The notes below the pieces were generated by a model. It was not told the origin of the DNA, made no database searches, and saw only the letters and a list, made by a program, of their open reading frames with translations. A stretch of DNA of 63,241 nucleotides, counting the filler, from Asterionella formosa (lineage: Eukaryota): NCBI GenBank assembly GCA_002256025.1. It is 27 parts of 27 records of this genome, joined end to end, with 100 filler letters (N's around TTAATTAATTAA, not from the genome) between each part and the next. Parts side by side here need not be neighbours in the genome. Positions count along the whole stretch, not along the records: positions 24,133 to 41,175 come from NKIB01004593.1; 26 more parts are not named here. One strand, 5' to 3'. Below are positions 24,810 through 38,415 of the stretch, piece by piece. The position numbers were made by a program, and so were the translations under genes. Numbering within the stretch: position 1 is the stretch's first letter; every line of letters starts with the position of its first letter.

Positions 24810-25841
24810 TTAAGCGGTCAATCCAAGGCGCTTGCGCATGGTGACTTGCTCATCCGCGGTGAGGGAGTAGTAACCAGATGCCTTAAGGGCACTTGTTCCA
24901 GCGGTGGAGAAGCCATATTGAATGTAACTTCTGACCTTGAGGATGCTTGCAGTCTTCACGTTCATGTAAAGCTTGCGGGAAAGAGGCTTGTAAAGGCCTT
25001 TTGGAATGGAGGCGGAGCCAGGAAGGTAGTAGGCACCAGTGGTAGGGTTCTTGATCTTGATGGCACCAGAAGCGCCCGAGATTCTTTCATATACAGCAAA
25101 TCCACAGTATCCGATGGATCCAGCGACGCTCTTGACTTTAGGAAGAATGTTGGCTTCGACAACCAAAGGGGTGTAAGCGGATTTGGTGAAACCCTCACCT
25201 GCTTTGTTATCTGTGAGGATTGTCTCGAGGAAGTAAGAGTAAGTTCCGGCAGCGGAGTCAGGACCAACAAGTTTGATCCCAATGCTTGGGCATGAACTGA
25301 AGAGACGGCTCCAAACCTTGGTGGATCCAGTGCCCTTGAGTTCAGAGGAAGAAAATCCAGTGGAGATCAACTTGTCATCAGTGTAGTTGCTAAAAATCCA
25401 ACGAAGTTGTCCAACCGTCAATCCACCGGAAAGACAGCTGGTCAATGCAGGGTGGGCAACAACGACAAGGGCGTCGTTGGCGACAGAAAGCTGCTTTCCA
25501 GTAAGGGAACTGGTAGCACATGTATATTGAAAGGTGGAAGAGCTAAGGGTGGATTCCGAGGACTTCCACTCACGGGACAAGGCACCAATGTCGATTCCGG
25601 CGGTGGAGTTGCACACAAGCATGGCACCGGCCCCGGAGCCTCCTCCTTCAACAGTCACGCTTGCCTTTGTGCACTTTGCCTTGAACCCAGATGCCCAGGC
25701 GATGGCAAGAGGTTGGACAGTGGTGGACCCAGCAACCTTGATAACAGAGGCAGTAGTGGTGGAAAAGCAAGTGACAGTGTCAAGTGCTGTCACAGCAGGC
25801 AAAGCCACAAAGAGGGCAGCGATCAAGGAGCGAGCAAACAT
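24810..25841 (-). CDS. Secreted PstS-like phosphate-binding protein (343 aa)
   Basis: Signal peptide; AGSTTVQP, EGGGSGAG, DIGALSR, VANDAL, GTYSYF, GSIGY, YKPLSRKLYMNV motifs. Confidence 0.88.
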   Translation of the reverse strand: MFARSLIAALFVALPAVTALDTVTCFSTTTASVIKVAGSTTVQPLAIAWASGFKAKCTKASVTVEGGGSGAGAMLVCNSTAGIDIGALSREWKSSESTLSSSTFQYTCATSSLTGKQLSVANDALVVVAHPALTSCLSGGLTVGQLRWIFSNYTDDKLISTGFSSSELKGTGSTKVWSRLFSSCPSIGIKLVGPDSAAGTYSYFLETILTDNKAGEGFTKSAYTPLVVEANILPKVKSVAGSIGYCGFAVYERISGASGAIKIKNPTTGAYYLPGSASIPKGLYKPLSRKLYMNVKTASILKVRSYIQYGFSTAGTSALKASGYYSLTADEQVTMRKRLGLTA

Positions 25842-28049
25842 GATGTTTCGGATCTGAAATTGTGTAAATTATGAGTAAGGATTTAGATTGTTCATGCAAT
25901 CAATCGTATTTTATTGGAGGATGTATCTTTGCCACGGATTCCCCAAAGATGTCAAAAGATTCGTAATTACTAATGTGTGGACCGAGGCCATCCAAACTAG
26001 TATTACCTGTTCATGTATTGGCACGTCAATTGCTCCGGATTTGCATCATATTCACCAGCTGGCCGAATTGACATAGGAATGAATCAAGAAGATTCATTTT
26101 TCGGCCTTGGCAGGTGTACATTGTACTGTTCTCCTCCTTGGTTGGTTTAGCTTGCAATTTCGTTGGTTGCAGAAGGAAGGCAATTCCATGTAATATTCTT
26201 ATTGTGCTTGGGTGTTTATGTAGACTACCGGTACTGGTGCCAGGGTATAGAGTTCTACCATTGTATATCGGTATTAGACGAATCATGGACGAATCTTCAA
26301 TTTATCAGCTTCCAGATGTGAATCTTCAGCGAATCTTTAGCCTGCGATTAAAGAACTTTGTGGCCGGTAGGAGGAAGATTCACATCCAGATAGATGTGTT
26401 GAGATATCAGTTAACGGTATAAACCAGGTACTGGTACTCGGAGTAGCTGGAAGGTCCGGAAAAGACGTTATTTGTAATTATTAAAAGATTAAACTAAAAA
26501 TCTCTATTACCGGACCTTCCAGGGTACCAGGTACCAGATGTCCTAAAAATGCAACAAGAAAACTCCCAGTAGCTGGTACTGGTACCTGGTACCCGTGCCT
26601 GGTACTCGAAGTACCCGGTACCAGGTACCAGGTGCTCGTACCAGGTAGTCACCGGAATGTGAAGCAAAGCAAAATTTATGGATGGAGATGTATTCGGAAT
26701 TAGCTCATGTACATAAAGTAAACGTAAAAGGATGACGAGGCAGACTATAAAACGTTTTCACGCATGATTTATGTCATATACAAACACATGAAGGACTTCT
26801 TGTCGTTACGGATACATAGGATTTTTGATCAGGATGTGGCCTCCGGGAATGTCATGTAGCCTTTTTCTGTTTACAAAAGCTATTATTTGAGTTTCTCAAC
26901 TTTTTCTGATAGCACTCGACTAATTTAGCAAGCTTTCTTGTCCCCTGCTTTTAACCCTGAGCGAACCTCCGACTCAGCAAAGTACGTCCTATTATATGAA
27001 AAAATTGCAATATTTTTACAATAGGATTATACTAGAAGATTACAATAATATTATATAGCAGAGAAATATTACAACATACCTCAGGTAAGCAAAGCCATTC
27101 AATAGTGAACAGGCACAGTATGGTGGAAATAGTGTATGACCGATACATATGTATGTTGAACAACCTATGGATTTATAATGGACAGCCAACAGCCAACAGC
27201 TACCTGGTACCAGCCAGCAGTAAAACCAACAGGGTATGAAATAAATTATATAGCACACATTAGTAGAATAAAGCACCTAGCACACGTTTTTCTCTGTGTC
27301 CGGCAATGATTGGGTTTGTCGTGATTTGCAATGCAGATGTTAATATCGTGATCCATTTATCCTTATACTTAAAAGAAATTACAATATCACCATTGAATGA
27401 CTTTATCAGAGGTATGCTGCAATATACCTCTGCTACGTTTCATTGACCAGAGTTTGTCCTTCTAGAAAATGGGAATTTCGGTTGATTGTTGGATTTCAGC
27501 CGCCCAAGACAAATGCATGGGAAATTCCACCTCCGACTCAATGCCCCTCTCTTCCCCCATGATGCACAGGAAACCCTTGTCCCACCCTTCCCAATATCGA
27601 CCTAATTCCTGATAATTTTGCTGCCTTGTGAATCCTTGAAATTGACCATGTCACATGTTGGAGAGATTTTTTTAGGCAAGAAAATCCCGGTATAAATTAC
27701 CCACTACATATTGAATCAAATGAATCAATAAGAATATGGTACCAGAGAAAATCTCAGAATTCGAAAACAATCTACACCAACAGCAAAACCCATAATTCAA
27801 TTAAATCTCTTAAGAACAATTACAATCGATTACAGATACATCGTTGTTCATATCTGCAGCCTATTTGGTCCCTGACGTGTCCTTACAGGAAACAAGAAAG
27901 CAGAGAGTGCTTCGGGACGCAATTTCAACAGTTTTAGTAGAATTAGCCGGCCAGGAAGAGCCGTGATATCACAATCAACAACAGGTGGACCGTTGAGAGT
28001 CCGGAGACAAGATCTGAGGGTACCAGACCATCCAAAGTCTGAAGAAGTC

Positions 28050-31000
28050 GCACAAGGCGCATCATGAGTAGCAAAGGAAAGTTTACCAAGAAGGCTCAAG
28101 CCAAGGGCTAGTTTCAAGCCAAGGGAGGGAGCAATATTGCTTCTAACTCCATCAAGAGGTCAGTTAGTGACTATAACTACTACCTTGGATCATCGAAGCA
28201 GGCATCTGATTATGAGACTACTACTGAGTACCTCATCAATCATATCAAGAAAGTGTTCGACTATGGCAACAACATAGGAACCGCGCTCGAGTTATTAGAA
28301 CCAATGAGCACATTGGCATGGAAGCCAAGAATGCAAGTGAGCATTGCAACAACAGAAGAAGATCGCACTGCAGAGAATCGACAATATGAGATTGAGTTCA
28401 AGGCTGACTATGACACCTACAGTAAAAGATTAAAGGCCTACGAAAATAATAATACCAAGGCATATGAATTGCTCTGGGAGAGATGCAACAAAGCCATGAA
28501 GAACAAGATCGAAGCAAGATCTGATTACAGTAAGAAAATCGATATTCTATGTCAATCATTTTAGATGCGATGAGAACGCTTTTATTCACGAAGCAAAAAG
28601 AAGGAGAAAGTCTACAAGACTACACCAAGAGATTTCGTGTGGCACGAGATGTGCTCAAGTCACACATGGGAGGACCCATTATCCTTACCAAGTTCATTGA
28701 AGCCATGGAAGGATACAATGAGAACGACATCAAGCAACGAGATAAATTTCGTGAACAAGCTTTCAGTCAATTTATGGCATATTTATATCTTGATAATGCC
28801 GATAAAGCCAAATATGGATCAATTATGACCGGGCTGAACACTCAACAATCACTCAGCAATGATCAATACCCAAAGACCATCACCGAATCAAATAATGTTC
28901 TCAGCAACCATCGGTTTGACCTAACAAATAAATCTAACTACAAGAAACCAGATGATAATTATAAAGAGAGAGAACAAAAGGATGCAGGGAAGGAAGAGGA
29001 AGATGTGAACTTATTGTTGGCATAGTTAGAAGGAAAATGTTACTGCTGCGGAAAAGAAGGTCACAAATCTCCTTCATGCCGAGACAAGAATAAACCCAGA
29101 GAGGAATGGGCAATTAACAAGGCCCAAAGCCATGCACAGGCACAGGCTAATACATCGGACACGAGTACAGTTACCTTTGTAAATTCCTACAACCCACCAT
29201 CGTCATCACAAGTTTCACAACAAGCAAATGTCAATCAATTTGGATGGGCGGGAGCTCATATGAAACTAAAATTTTACCAATATCTGAGATGCGTGACTGG
29301 ATACTATTGGAAAATCAATCAAGTGTCACAGTCGTTTGCAATCCAAAAATGGTTGAAAACATTCGAATGTCATCCAACGGAAGCATGCACCTGGCCACAA
29401 ATGGTGTATCCATGGTCACTAATATGAAGGCTGATCTTCCACAATGGGGAGAAGTATGGTTTAATGAGAAGGCAATCACAAACATCTTCAGTTATGCTGA
29501 AATGGCAGATAGGTACAGAATTACCTATGGCTCTGAGAAAGAAGATGCATTCATTGTTCATTTGCCTTACAAGCCAGGTCAATTCAAAAGAATTGGGATT
29601 AACTTATATGTTTTCAAGCCAACTACAAGAATTAGAGCGGAGAATGCTCAAATGTTAAATACACTTGAAGAAAACAAAACATTTTACATTCAAAGTCAAT
29701 TTCAGAGAGCTAAGCGAGCTTGTGATCTATTTCATGCCTTGGGTACACCATCAATTATTGATTTTAAGGCAATAATTCGTATGAATACGATCAACAATAA
29801 TCCAGTGACTACCAATGATATCAAAATTGCAAAGAAAATTTTTGGACCTGACATCGGAACACTTAAAGGCAAGACAACTCGTTGCAAGAGCTGCCAGTCG
29901 TGAATGACTACATCAAGATTCCTAAGGAGCTTATCCAAGCTCAACGCGAAGTGATTCTTTGCATGGATGGAATGAAAGTGAATGGACAATCATTTCTCGA
30001 AACATTATGTATAGGACAGCGCAATGGTTCAAGAATCAGACAGCTAAAGTCTATCGAGATGCTTTGATTCAAGTATTCCGTGTTTATAATACCGGAGGAT
30101 TTAAAATTACAACAATCCACTTTGACAACAAGTTTCGACCTTTGATAGAACAAATTTCCAATGAATTTCAAGTCAATATGAACAACGCAAACCCCCAAAA
30201 CATTTGGCACTTATGTCCAAGCACATGAAGAACCTGTGTTTTCAAACACTAATGCACCATGCAGCCTACATTGCATTTATCTACGCTACAATGACAACGT
30301 GCAAGGAGGTCATGAATTATGACACCTACCAACAAGTTCATTGATCTCTAGACGAACAGTTACTCCTCTACCACTTACCCCAGCAATCATGAATCAAGTA
30401 CACGCCCTTGCTGTACAGGAAAATATGCCAGATGGTCTCAAGATATCAAATAGAACGGGACAACTATTTTATGATAGTGCTCAGGATGACTCAGAACCAA
30501 ATGTTAGAACTACAAGGTCTGGAAGAGTCTCAAGACCACCATCAAAACTAACTATGGTCCAAAATCATTTGCAAACCCAAGCACACTGTCAAGAAGAATA
30601 CACGACTGATAATGCGAAAGTGATCGCGCAAAGACAATGTGTTATATGAATGAGATGTGTATCGATAAGGAAGCATCTCACTTTGTTCAGTCATACAGCT
30701 TAAGAGTGCTTGGATTGACTTCTAATATTGCCTCTTCATTTTCAGTTTCATTTGCTGGCTCTTCATCCTCATCTTGGATTTCATCTGCATTCATTTCAAT
30801 ATTATTCTAATTGTTGTCCTCAGGTTCAGGGTCATCCTCTTGGATATTGTTGTTTATTTCGAGCTGTTATGCTTCATATATTTCATCCGGAGTCAATTCA
30901 TCATAGTCTTCTTCTCCGAGAATTTCATCATTGCTTTCTTCATCACTAGCGTGTTGATCTTCATAATCTTCATCTTGTGCATCTTCAAATGCTTCATTAT

Positions 31001-31470
31001 CATAATCCACTCCTGCAATCCAAGCACTATCATAAAATAGTTGTCCCGTTCTATTTGATATCTTGAGACCATCACAGCAAGGGTGTGTACTTGATTCATG
31101 ATTGCTGGGGTAAGTGGTAGAGGAGTAACTGTTCGTCTAGAGATCAATGAACTTTTTAATATGTGTAATAATTCATGACCTCCTTGCACGTTGTCATTGT
31201 AGCGTAGATAAATGCAATGTAGGCTGCGTGGTGCATTAGTGTTTGAAAACACAGGTTCTTCATGTGCTTGGACATAAGTGCCATATGTATGCTGGCAATG
31301 TCGAGCATAGTCCAGGTTTTGTTGATGTAAAATCATACGAGGACTGTAATATGGGGATATCCCGTTCTTTGCCGGAAATAAATTCAGTTTCTTTGCAGAT
31401 TCTATCACTAGAATCCTATCATCAGTCGTGGCAAATGTTTGAAAGGTAATCGATGATAAGCTGCGCGCAT
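28050..31470 (+). mobile_element. Degraded, rearranged Ty1/copia (CoDi-like) retrotransposon: gag, zinc knuckle, protease, integrase pieces; last ~750 bp inverted
   Basis: QKEGESLQDYTKRF, CYCCGKEGHKSPSC (29038), WILLENQSSV protease, KIFGPDIGTLKGKTTR, GTYVQAHEEP; multiple stops and frameshifts. Confidence 0.88.
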
Positions 31471-32429
31471 GCGAGCTTACTTGTCCAACTTATTCGTATT
31501 GCTAGCTTTGGTGATAACTTGATTTGTCTTAAGTTTTAAGACTCCAAACTAAAGTTGAAAACAGATTTCAAATCTTACTTGTTATGAGTTAAAACCAAAA
31601 CTCCAAGGATTACTTTTTCTCAGATTTTTGTCCATTGCAAAAACTGTTCATTCCCTAACACAATTTGTTTCCCCACCATGATTACTCAAATGTTTTGACT
31701 GGTAGCTCACACTTTAAAATAAGTGAATAGACATCTCATGTCAAACTCAAGATTCATTCCATTGAATAATTATGCGCCATCGTTCATTCAAATATAATCA
31801 TATTGTCATTTGATCGAATTGATGGAATCACATAAAGTAGAGTCCACGATTCGATATTTTGTCAAGATAATACTTTCCCAGAAATAGCACCGTAAGGCAT
31901 TTTCCACTTTTGTCAGCCTTCTTACTCCTAGCTTCTGGCTTTCGCTTCCTAAGCACATTGTTGAGCGAAATCTGAATGCTGACCACAAGCTCTTCAGGAG
32001 TCAACTTCTTTCGAGGAAAGGCTTTGCCTTGTCGAGGTGCTTTCTAGGTCATGATGATTGGTATTGTGATGGGTAATAGTTAATTGTTGTGTTTGCATAA
32101 ATTTTGGATTAATAATTCGGGCGTGCCAGTAGGAATTCCTAATAAACGTTTTCCATCAGTGAATTCATGTCTTTATTAAGACACACAAGAGGAAAGCGCA
32201 ATGACATCGTCGCCATATTAATAAATTTTTGGGCATACTAAACTAGTTTTCTAGGCCGAGGAATATTCTCATCCCTATGAATGTATATAAAAAGTGATGC
32301 TTGCTCAATAGCAGAGTAAATGTGAAAATATCCAATTTTCGAAATTTCGGGTCGACAACAACCTTTGGGCGATAATACCTGATGAAAATGCACACATTGC
32401 AACAAGATAAGTAAGTAAGTATTTTCTCG

Positions 32430-33270
32430 CTTTAATGGATGAAATCAACTTTGGTTCAATTTGTCAGGCAATGGATGATGGCATCTTGGAAAACTCTAAG
32501 AAGATCCAACTTTCTGATTACCCTGGCTAAAATTTCCGCCTCATGGTCCATGATATTCAAGCTTCATTAAACCTAGTACTAAAGTATGGACAGTGTCTTC
32601 CTATGACTGCCTCTAGCATTGTTGCTACCAACCTCCTACTCTATCAAGTTGAGGAATTTTGTGCTGTATTCTATAAAATCTTTGTCAAGATTGATACTGA
32701 ATAACGGGGTCTCATGGGTAAAGATAATGCTGCAATTGTCGAATTCCAGGATATATCAAGTGGAGTTAAGACACTTCTTGATAAGGCACCACTTACACAG
32801 GACAAATTTCTCATGGGCAATGGACAATGGCTAGCCACCTTCCCAAACTGCCTGTTCCCAAGAAACAGTCAGATTCCCTAACAGATGCATTCCAGGCCAC
32901 AGTTTTTCCTGCTGCTTTTCAAGCATTTGCTGATGAACTTAAAGTCCTTCGCAAAGATTTTGTGACCAAGCCTAGTGGGGCTTCTGGCCAGGACCTCTCT
33001 AAAACTACTTGTTACAAGTGTGGCAAACTTGGTCATCTTCGTCCCAACTGCCCTTACAAGACAACCAATTAACCCGAGAACTCTTGGCAAAATGTTCCTC
33101 CTACTGATGGAAAGTTTTCTATGACCAAAGATGGTCGCCAGTGGCATTGGTGCAACAAATGCTGTGGAGGAGAGCGAAGGGCGTTGGTCTATTACTCATG
33201 ACACTGAGATGCACTCACAAAGGGAGTCCCAAAATTGTTACCTTTATTGCTGCTGCAAACCTAGCTTGAG
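32430..33270 (+). mobile_element. Degraded retrotransposon gag remnant
   Basis: CYKCGKLGHLRPNC zinc knuckle followed by KDGRQWHWCNKC motif; frameshifts and stops. Confidence 0.65.
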
Positions 33271-34650
33271 TTAATGAGGAATGATCCCCAGCAGAAGATG
33301 GTGTTTTGACGTACAATCCTGTTGGTTTTGTTGCTTCTTGCTATGACCATGAATTTGATTGGTCTTCAATTGCTACTATTCCTGGTGTGACAGCCCTAAT
33401 ATGGTGCACAATCATTTTTTGTCTCTAAATACAAAACTGCTTCTGTCCTACCTTTCCTAAGTCAACCTCCTGACTTAACTCATTCTGATCTTCCCCTTGA
33501 GAATGATGAATATTTTCAGTTTGGCATTTTTGGCATTGGTATCCATTCCATTATTCTATTGTTTTATTCATTTTGATGTTATAAACAGAATAAAAATCAG
33601 AAGGAACTACTCGTCGTTAGCTATGTTTTGTTTAAACCTCAACATTGCAGTTCCATTTATAATGCCCCACTTACCAGCAATCGATGAACTTTTGCATAAT
33701 TCTGTAAAATAATGTGTCTGTCGAATATTGCACAAGTACACATCAATAAACCATTCCACCAATGTCATTTATAGCTTAAAACAAAACTGTTTGATTAAAA
33801 TTATCTTGAAAGAATAAAAAACATGCATGTGTAAGTGATGTTCTAACAGTTGTTGTTCATTGATCCAACAAGAAGGGCAATTACCAATTTTGTTTTGTCG
33901 CCATTGTTTGTGTCCCACCGAATGCAAAATGTGCTGTTTAATTGCTAGGGAAGCAATAAATCATCATTTAGTATTTGTGAACCCAACAATCGATCACCTT
34001 GGCATGTGCTCTTGACATACCATACTAGGTAGACTCCTCAGTTCACTTTTCCTTTTTCAATCCTTCTAAGCCACAAGGTTTATCATTATTGTGTGCGTTG
34101 TAGCGTTCTTGTTCTTTCAGTTTTCTTGTCACACGGCAGAGATGATCTTTCATTTCAGGATCATGTGCTACCAGTAGGCATAACAAGGAAACTCTAAACA
34201 TGATTTCAAATGTTTAGGCTATGTGGTATTATGTTACTGTACTTCTCTAAAATATCATGAAACTTTTTCTGTAATTTATTTCACTTACTATCAAATAATT
34301 ATGTGATCACACCAATAATTAGGCGTGTTTGCAACAATATATGTTGAGCAAATAGCTATTGCAACAGTATAAGTGTGTAAATAACTTTCTTTGTTGGAAC
34401 AAGAACCATAATTATACAAATTGGCATTCTCCTGAATTTATTTCATGTGTGCTGATTACTATTGAATTTAAATATTCAAACAGGCACTCAGATCATGGGA
34501 ATTCACAGAAACAAATTCCTTGTTCCATGCTGATTTTACAACCCTAGTAATGTTTTACTCCAAACTAGGGTTAAGCCAGGGCTGCAACCTCACAGTGGCA
34601 AGGAAGGACAATATAACGAGTCAAGAGAAATACAGCAATGCTACAAGCTA

Positions 34651-35637
34651 TTACTGTATTTCAAAGTCTGCAGATATTTGTTTGTACTGGTTCCGAATCA
34701 CAGCCGCAGACTGTCCAGTTGTATACCATTGCACTAAAGCATCAGGAGCTCGTAAAATGCCCACAGTCTTACAGTGATGATAGACATGCCCAAAGACAAT
34801 GCCTAAAAAATCCAATACTGGAACTTCTCCCTCCAATAGAAATGTTTGAGCTAAAAAGAACCATGGCAACAGTTCTGCACGGGTATTAAACAGCTCAAAC
34901 ATATTGACTTCCAACCCTTCATGGTATCGACTCCACACGTATACAAGGAAGGTGCTCAAGTTATGTCCCAAGAACTTGGGACTCAAATGGAAAAATCCAT
35001 ATCCCACCACCATACTTGCCATCCCAAAGACGATCATAATCCAAAAATCATAAGGAGCATCATGGTTCAATCGTTCCAAGGTACTCATGTAAGTCCATAG
35101 AAAGTGCGCTGTCATGATGTATGCCAAACCGAATTTTCCTACATTCAAGAACGCAGTCAGTGGTCGCCATATCTGTAGTCGAGTCAAAGTTTTGGTCCAA
35201 TCCAGTTGCAATACAGCAGGAAAGTCATGTTTTGGATTAGTGACGTAACCAAACATGGTGGCAGCAAAGGAGGCCGATAAGTATAGTTTTGTCAAGGGAG
35301 GTGTCTTATGCCATGCATCCACCATGCGTCCAAAGGTATGTACTTCTTGAAAATCATCTTCTGTCATTTCGAAACCAGAATCGTCTAATAGGGCAAAGCT
35401 ATCGTCGTTGTCGTCATCTGAGTCTATGTCTTCGTCGTCACTACTACTTCCTCCTCTGAAAGTCAGCAGTGTTGTTGTTGTTGGTGGTGGTGGTGATCTT
35501 GTCCGAAGAGGTAAAAAGGAAGCGTGCCTGGAATGAGGAGATACTGCTAATGTAGTACATGACAAATACATTAGAAGTACAGTCAGAGCCCGCGGTATCG
35601 ATGAAAGGATAATGGCCATGGCTGACAATACATCCAA
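34651..35637 (-). CDS. sDer1: Derlin (Der1) with bipartite presequence, probable symbiont-derived SELMA Derlin
   Basis: TPPLTKLY, LQIWRPLTAF, VYVWSR, LPWF, GIVFGHVY Derlin motifs; N-terminal signal peptide plus transit-like region with RGG and acidic stretch. Confidence 0.9.
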   Translation of the reverse strand: MDVLSAMAIILSSIPRALTVLLMYLSCTTLAVSPHSRHASFLPLRTRSPPPPTTTTLLTFRGGSSSDDEDIDSDDDNDDSFALLDDSGFEMTEDDFQEVHTFGRMVDAWHKTPPLTKLYLSASFAATMFGYVTNPKHDFPAVLQLDWTKTLTRLQIWRPLTAFLNVGKFGLAYIMTAHFLWTYMSTLERLNHDAPYDFWIMIVFGMASMVVGYGFFHLSPKFLGHNLSTFLVYVWSRYHEGLEVNMFELFNTRAELLPWFFLAQTFLLEGEVPVLDFLGIVFGHVYHHCKTVGILRAPDALVQWYTTGQSAAVIRNQYKQISADFEIQ

Positions 35638-35789
35638 GTGTCCGTGGATAAATAATGTGGATATGCATGTTCGAGCATCATTACAATCGTTTCCAACAAT
35701 GTATTTTTACTCTTCTTATATCATCATCATATCGCTCATGTTGTCACCATCAGCAGCCATTCCGTATGATACATATCATCCCAGGGACA

Positions 35790-36400
35790 CTACCAGGGTA
35801 GTGACAGGTGGAACATTACAGATACTGTACCGGTAGCTACATAGTATGTACTATGTACTGTACCTGGTAGCCTGGTACCTGGTACTCTACCTGGTACTGG
35901 TACCGTAATAAATACGTAAGTATGTAACTGGTACTCCTTCTATGGAGGCACGAACATACGATGATATGAGCGAGTCGCTCTGCCTCCGTTCGCTCATCGC
36001 TCGCTCACCTGGATTTAGGCGGATGCCAGCACGCATCAGTCGTAACTGGCATATACTAGGTACAGTACAGGGTACCAGAGTACTCCGTACCCTGGTACCT
36101 GGTACCTGGAAACAGTACCATTGGCCACTACGCATCAGGTAGCTGGTACATACCTGGTACAGCATGTGCGGCGGTAGTAGAAGGGGAATGCAGCTAGGAC
36201 ATGGGGACAGAGGGATCATCATCTGCGCCAATCATCCCAAACTCCTCCTGAGGTGCATACAACCGTTCCTGGTACCTGGTACCGTACCGGTAAACAAAAC
36301 TGGTACTGGTACCAGATACTCTTTGGCCCGGGTATACCTGTACCGGTAATCAATCTACCGGTAAACCAAATATTAACATGGCGGTATACCGGTAGGCATT
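35790..36400. repeat. Densest cluster of the GGTACC(A/T) / TACCGGTA iterated palindromic motif, in a divergent promoter region
   Basis: CCTGGTACCTGGTAC (35871), CCCTGGTACCTGGTACCTGG (36090), CCTGGTACCTGGTACCGTACCGGT (36268). Confidence 0.8.
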
Positions 36401-36735
36401 TTACTTACTATGCAAAAAGTGATTCCGATAAATCGTACGTTCGAGCAATTATACGGGTATGTCTTGATGGCCTGACATTTTTAATAAATACAAATGTTCT
36501 TCAGATTTTAATCTACCGGTATATATATGGCTTTTCGCTCACGTTCAAAATAAGGAAATACTGTAAAATACATATTAGATTTATTTTTTAACATAATTCT
36601 TTTTAGTCTCGTTGCTTTTACTTTCCATCAATTCATCGTCCTTCCAGTCAAGAACACTATTCCATCGGACGCATATTTACAACAGAGTAATTCTTGACTT
36701 CACAAAGATACATCAGGCAGAAGTCCCAAACAACG

Positions 36736-36951
36736 ATGAAGGCTATTGTAACTTGCCTCATCATGGCAGGTTTCTGCACCATCACCGCCTTTGTGCCACG
36801 AGAGATTCGCCACCCTACCATGAGGATGGCCAATGTTGCTGCTGTTGCTGCTGCTTCCACAAGGGACATTGAGAATGATCCAGATGCTGCCTATGTTGCT
36901 GAATTTTTATCCACCATGGGTGCAATGGACGAAGAGAATGAGTACTACAGC

Positions 36952-36983
<32 letters not shown>

Positions 36984-37947
36984 CGAAAATGTGGACGAAA
37001 AGGGCGAGGAAAAAGTCAACAAACCATTCCCTTCCAACAAGAAAACATCATCATCCAATAAACAACAATGGGATGAGAAAAGTCCATTGGCCAAATCTCG
37101 TCTCAAGAAAGAGGCTGTGGACAAGAAACTTGCCAATAATAAAATTGAATCCAAGGCTGACAAGAAACGGCGTAAGTAGTAGTTACTGGACGTTTTTTTC
37201 CTAAAAAGCAACTGTGAATGTTGGTTGGTGCTGCACCATTTTTCACTAACTCTCACAAAACCTTTAGGCCTCATGTTTTTTGTCAAGGACGCTCAACGTG
37301 AACGTAAAAAGGCATCGCGAATTCAACGGGCGATACCATTTGCCAACCGTACTAGCCTATCTGCCTTGACAGAGGGGATGGAATATTCTGGAACTGTCAT
37401 TTCCTTGACTCCCTTTGGTGCCTATGTCGATGTTGGAACGACCGTAGATGGGCTGTTGCATATATCTCAAATGAGTCGTGAAACCTTTGTGCAACATCCC
37501 AAAGATATCCTAGCACCTGGTGATGCCATTGTTGTTACTGTTGCTAGTATCAATCCAGAAAAGAAGAAATTGCATTTGTCCATGTTGTCCAAGAGTGATT
37601 TAGATATAGAACGCGCAATGAGTGCAATGCCAGCCAATAATGACAATGAAATTGAAGAAGATGATCGAATTCTCTTATCTGACCTTGGTGTTGATGATGA
37701 ACTTTGGGGTCAAATTATTCGAGTAACTAACTTTGGTGCCTATGTGAATGTTGGTGCAGTTGTACAGGGATTTTTGCATTTTATGGACCATCCACTATTT
37801 GGTGATGGTGCTCATCCATCAAGCTTTATGACTGTGGGGGACAAAATTCGAGTTTGGGTAGCCGATGTGGATAGTGAACAACAACGAGTCAAATTGACAG
37901 CTAATCGGCCCAATCATTTGCCAGGACCAAAGAGAGATTTGTTTTGA
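36736..37947 (+). CDS. Plastid-targeted tandem S1 RNA-binding domain protein; exons 36736-37171 and 37268-37947 (371 aa)
   Basis: Signal peptide ending ITA-FVP; GTAAGT donor at 37172, CACTAAC branch point, TTTAG acceptor at 37267 in matching phase; two S1 motifs FGAYVDVG..DGLLHISQM and FGAYVNVG..QGFLHF. Confidence 0.88.
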
Positions 37948-38415
37948 GCAAAACAGGGAATGATAGTGATAGACCAACAATATGAGACTACTATGTATGG
38001 TTTTCGTCTATTGAGCGGAGAGGATTTTGATAACATGCCCCGATGATGTGGAGCTTCTTATGAAAGGCAATGACTGTTGAATGTTTACCAAATAATGAGA
38101 AGTAATAAAATTATAATATTTGAAAAAACCGTCACGAGGTATGGACGGTACGTACTATAGAGCACGACGAGCATGTCACAATGGTCGTACCGGCGTACTA
38201 TTTTACTATGATATATATACAGCTAAATAATTATTCAAAAATATTTTAGGAATGATTTTTTTTTACCGTGTACTAGTAGTAATATGTAATATTAAACATA
38301 AAATCATCATCGCTCAAGAATATTTTGGGATCAGGCATCCTTCGAACTTGCTTGTCCTTTGGCTGTGACTATACATGTACTCTGTTGTCCATCCTTGTTG
38401 ATCCTTGGTGGCAGG

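Noticed and set aside
27650..27850. Possible 5' LTR of the 28-31 kb copia (TGTTGG...CA)
   Set aside because: No second copy or clear PBS in the window to confirm boundaries
35887..36591. ORFs rich in VPGT/WYQ/GTRY peptides
   Set aside because: Translations of the GGTACCW repeat, not genes (likewise 1324-1732, 9998-10222, 57486-58077)
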